From positions 4,402,001 to 4,466,000 of the forward strand of contig NW_024704758.1 of the NCBI RefSeq assembly GCF_018977255.1: 64,000 bases of DNA. The letters are read 5' to 3'. This DNA is from Callorhinchus milii (taxonomy: Eukaryota). Positions 63,470 through 64,000 of the stretch are shown in pieces (within the stretch, counting starts at the first letter, position 1; every line of letters begins with the position of its first letter). The position numbers were made by a program, and so were the translations under genes. The notes beneath the pieces were generated by a model. That model saw nothing but the letters and a program-made list of their open reading frames with translations, searched no databases and was not told the DNA's origin.

Positions 63470-64000
63470 GTAAATTATGAAATCGTATTCGAGTCCATTG
63501 CTTACCAACACGATTCTTATTGTAAACTGTACTCTTGAGTAAATAGTTTATGACTGTATACAAGTGGACGTTTCTTAGTTAAATTCACACTTCACAGGTC
63601 TAGCCTCCTGTTCTCAACTTAGTGGCTGTATTTGTACAATTGTATTTATCTTTTGAAGATAACAGATAGGAGGAACTTCAGTTTATTGCCAGTGTTTCCA
63701 CTTTGGGGGAATAAGACATGTTATTTTAAATCCTTTTGATTGCTTTTCCTCCTCTTTCGTGTTCCCCTCCTCTCAGAACAAAATTAAATAGTATGACACT
63801 ACTGTACGCAATTAGCTGCTGCGGTTTGCCCACAGAATGTACAGTCAATTCACTTTAGTTATTCACTTTATGGCTGCTTGTGGGAACTTGTTGGGGCAAT
63901 TGGCTGCCATTTTGCTTACAGACAAAGTCGCTTCCTTCCTTTTTATAGATAACAGTAATTACTTTGCACTTTGAGACCATTTGACCTGAGAAAACACAAT

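Noticed and set aside
1-64000. Prokaryotic-type systems (CRISPR array, operon, defence island)
   Set aside because: The window has a spliced vertebrate gene structure; the repeated ~40-bp stem-loops are dispersed retroposon tails, not regularly spaced repeats.

Overview
This is eukaryotic vertebrate genomic DNA. The repeat content (Deu-domain tRNA SINEs, SacSINE1-like SINEs, L2 and CR1 LINE debris) points to a cartilaginous fish, possibly a holocephalan; that assignment is inference. The window holds the 5' coding portion of DAGLA (sn1-diacylglycerol lipase alpha) on the + strand. Fourteen coding exons run from the ATG at 28422 to 63469 (1586 nt, about 528 codons), all with GT-AG introns. They encode the four TM helices, the Cys-rich region, the GHSLG nucleophile and the catalytic Asp. 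The gene continues beyond the window. Bases 1-28.3 kb are non-coding (probably the long first intron or upstream region) and TE-rich. Almost all ORFs in the supplied track are spurious or TE-derived. I found no clearly new biological system. The best leads are: an unclassified ~560 bp repeat nested in a SINE with a perfect 10-bp TSD; a SINE/LINE 3' stem-loop whose loop differs between subfamilies; near-identical inverted SINEs bracketing an exon; an overlapping uORF plus NAGNAG acceptor at the start exon; and two protein differences from human DAGLA. Exon coordinates are exact. TE coordinates are approximate, and family names come from recalled consensus sequences, not database searches.
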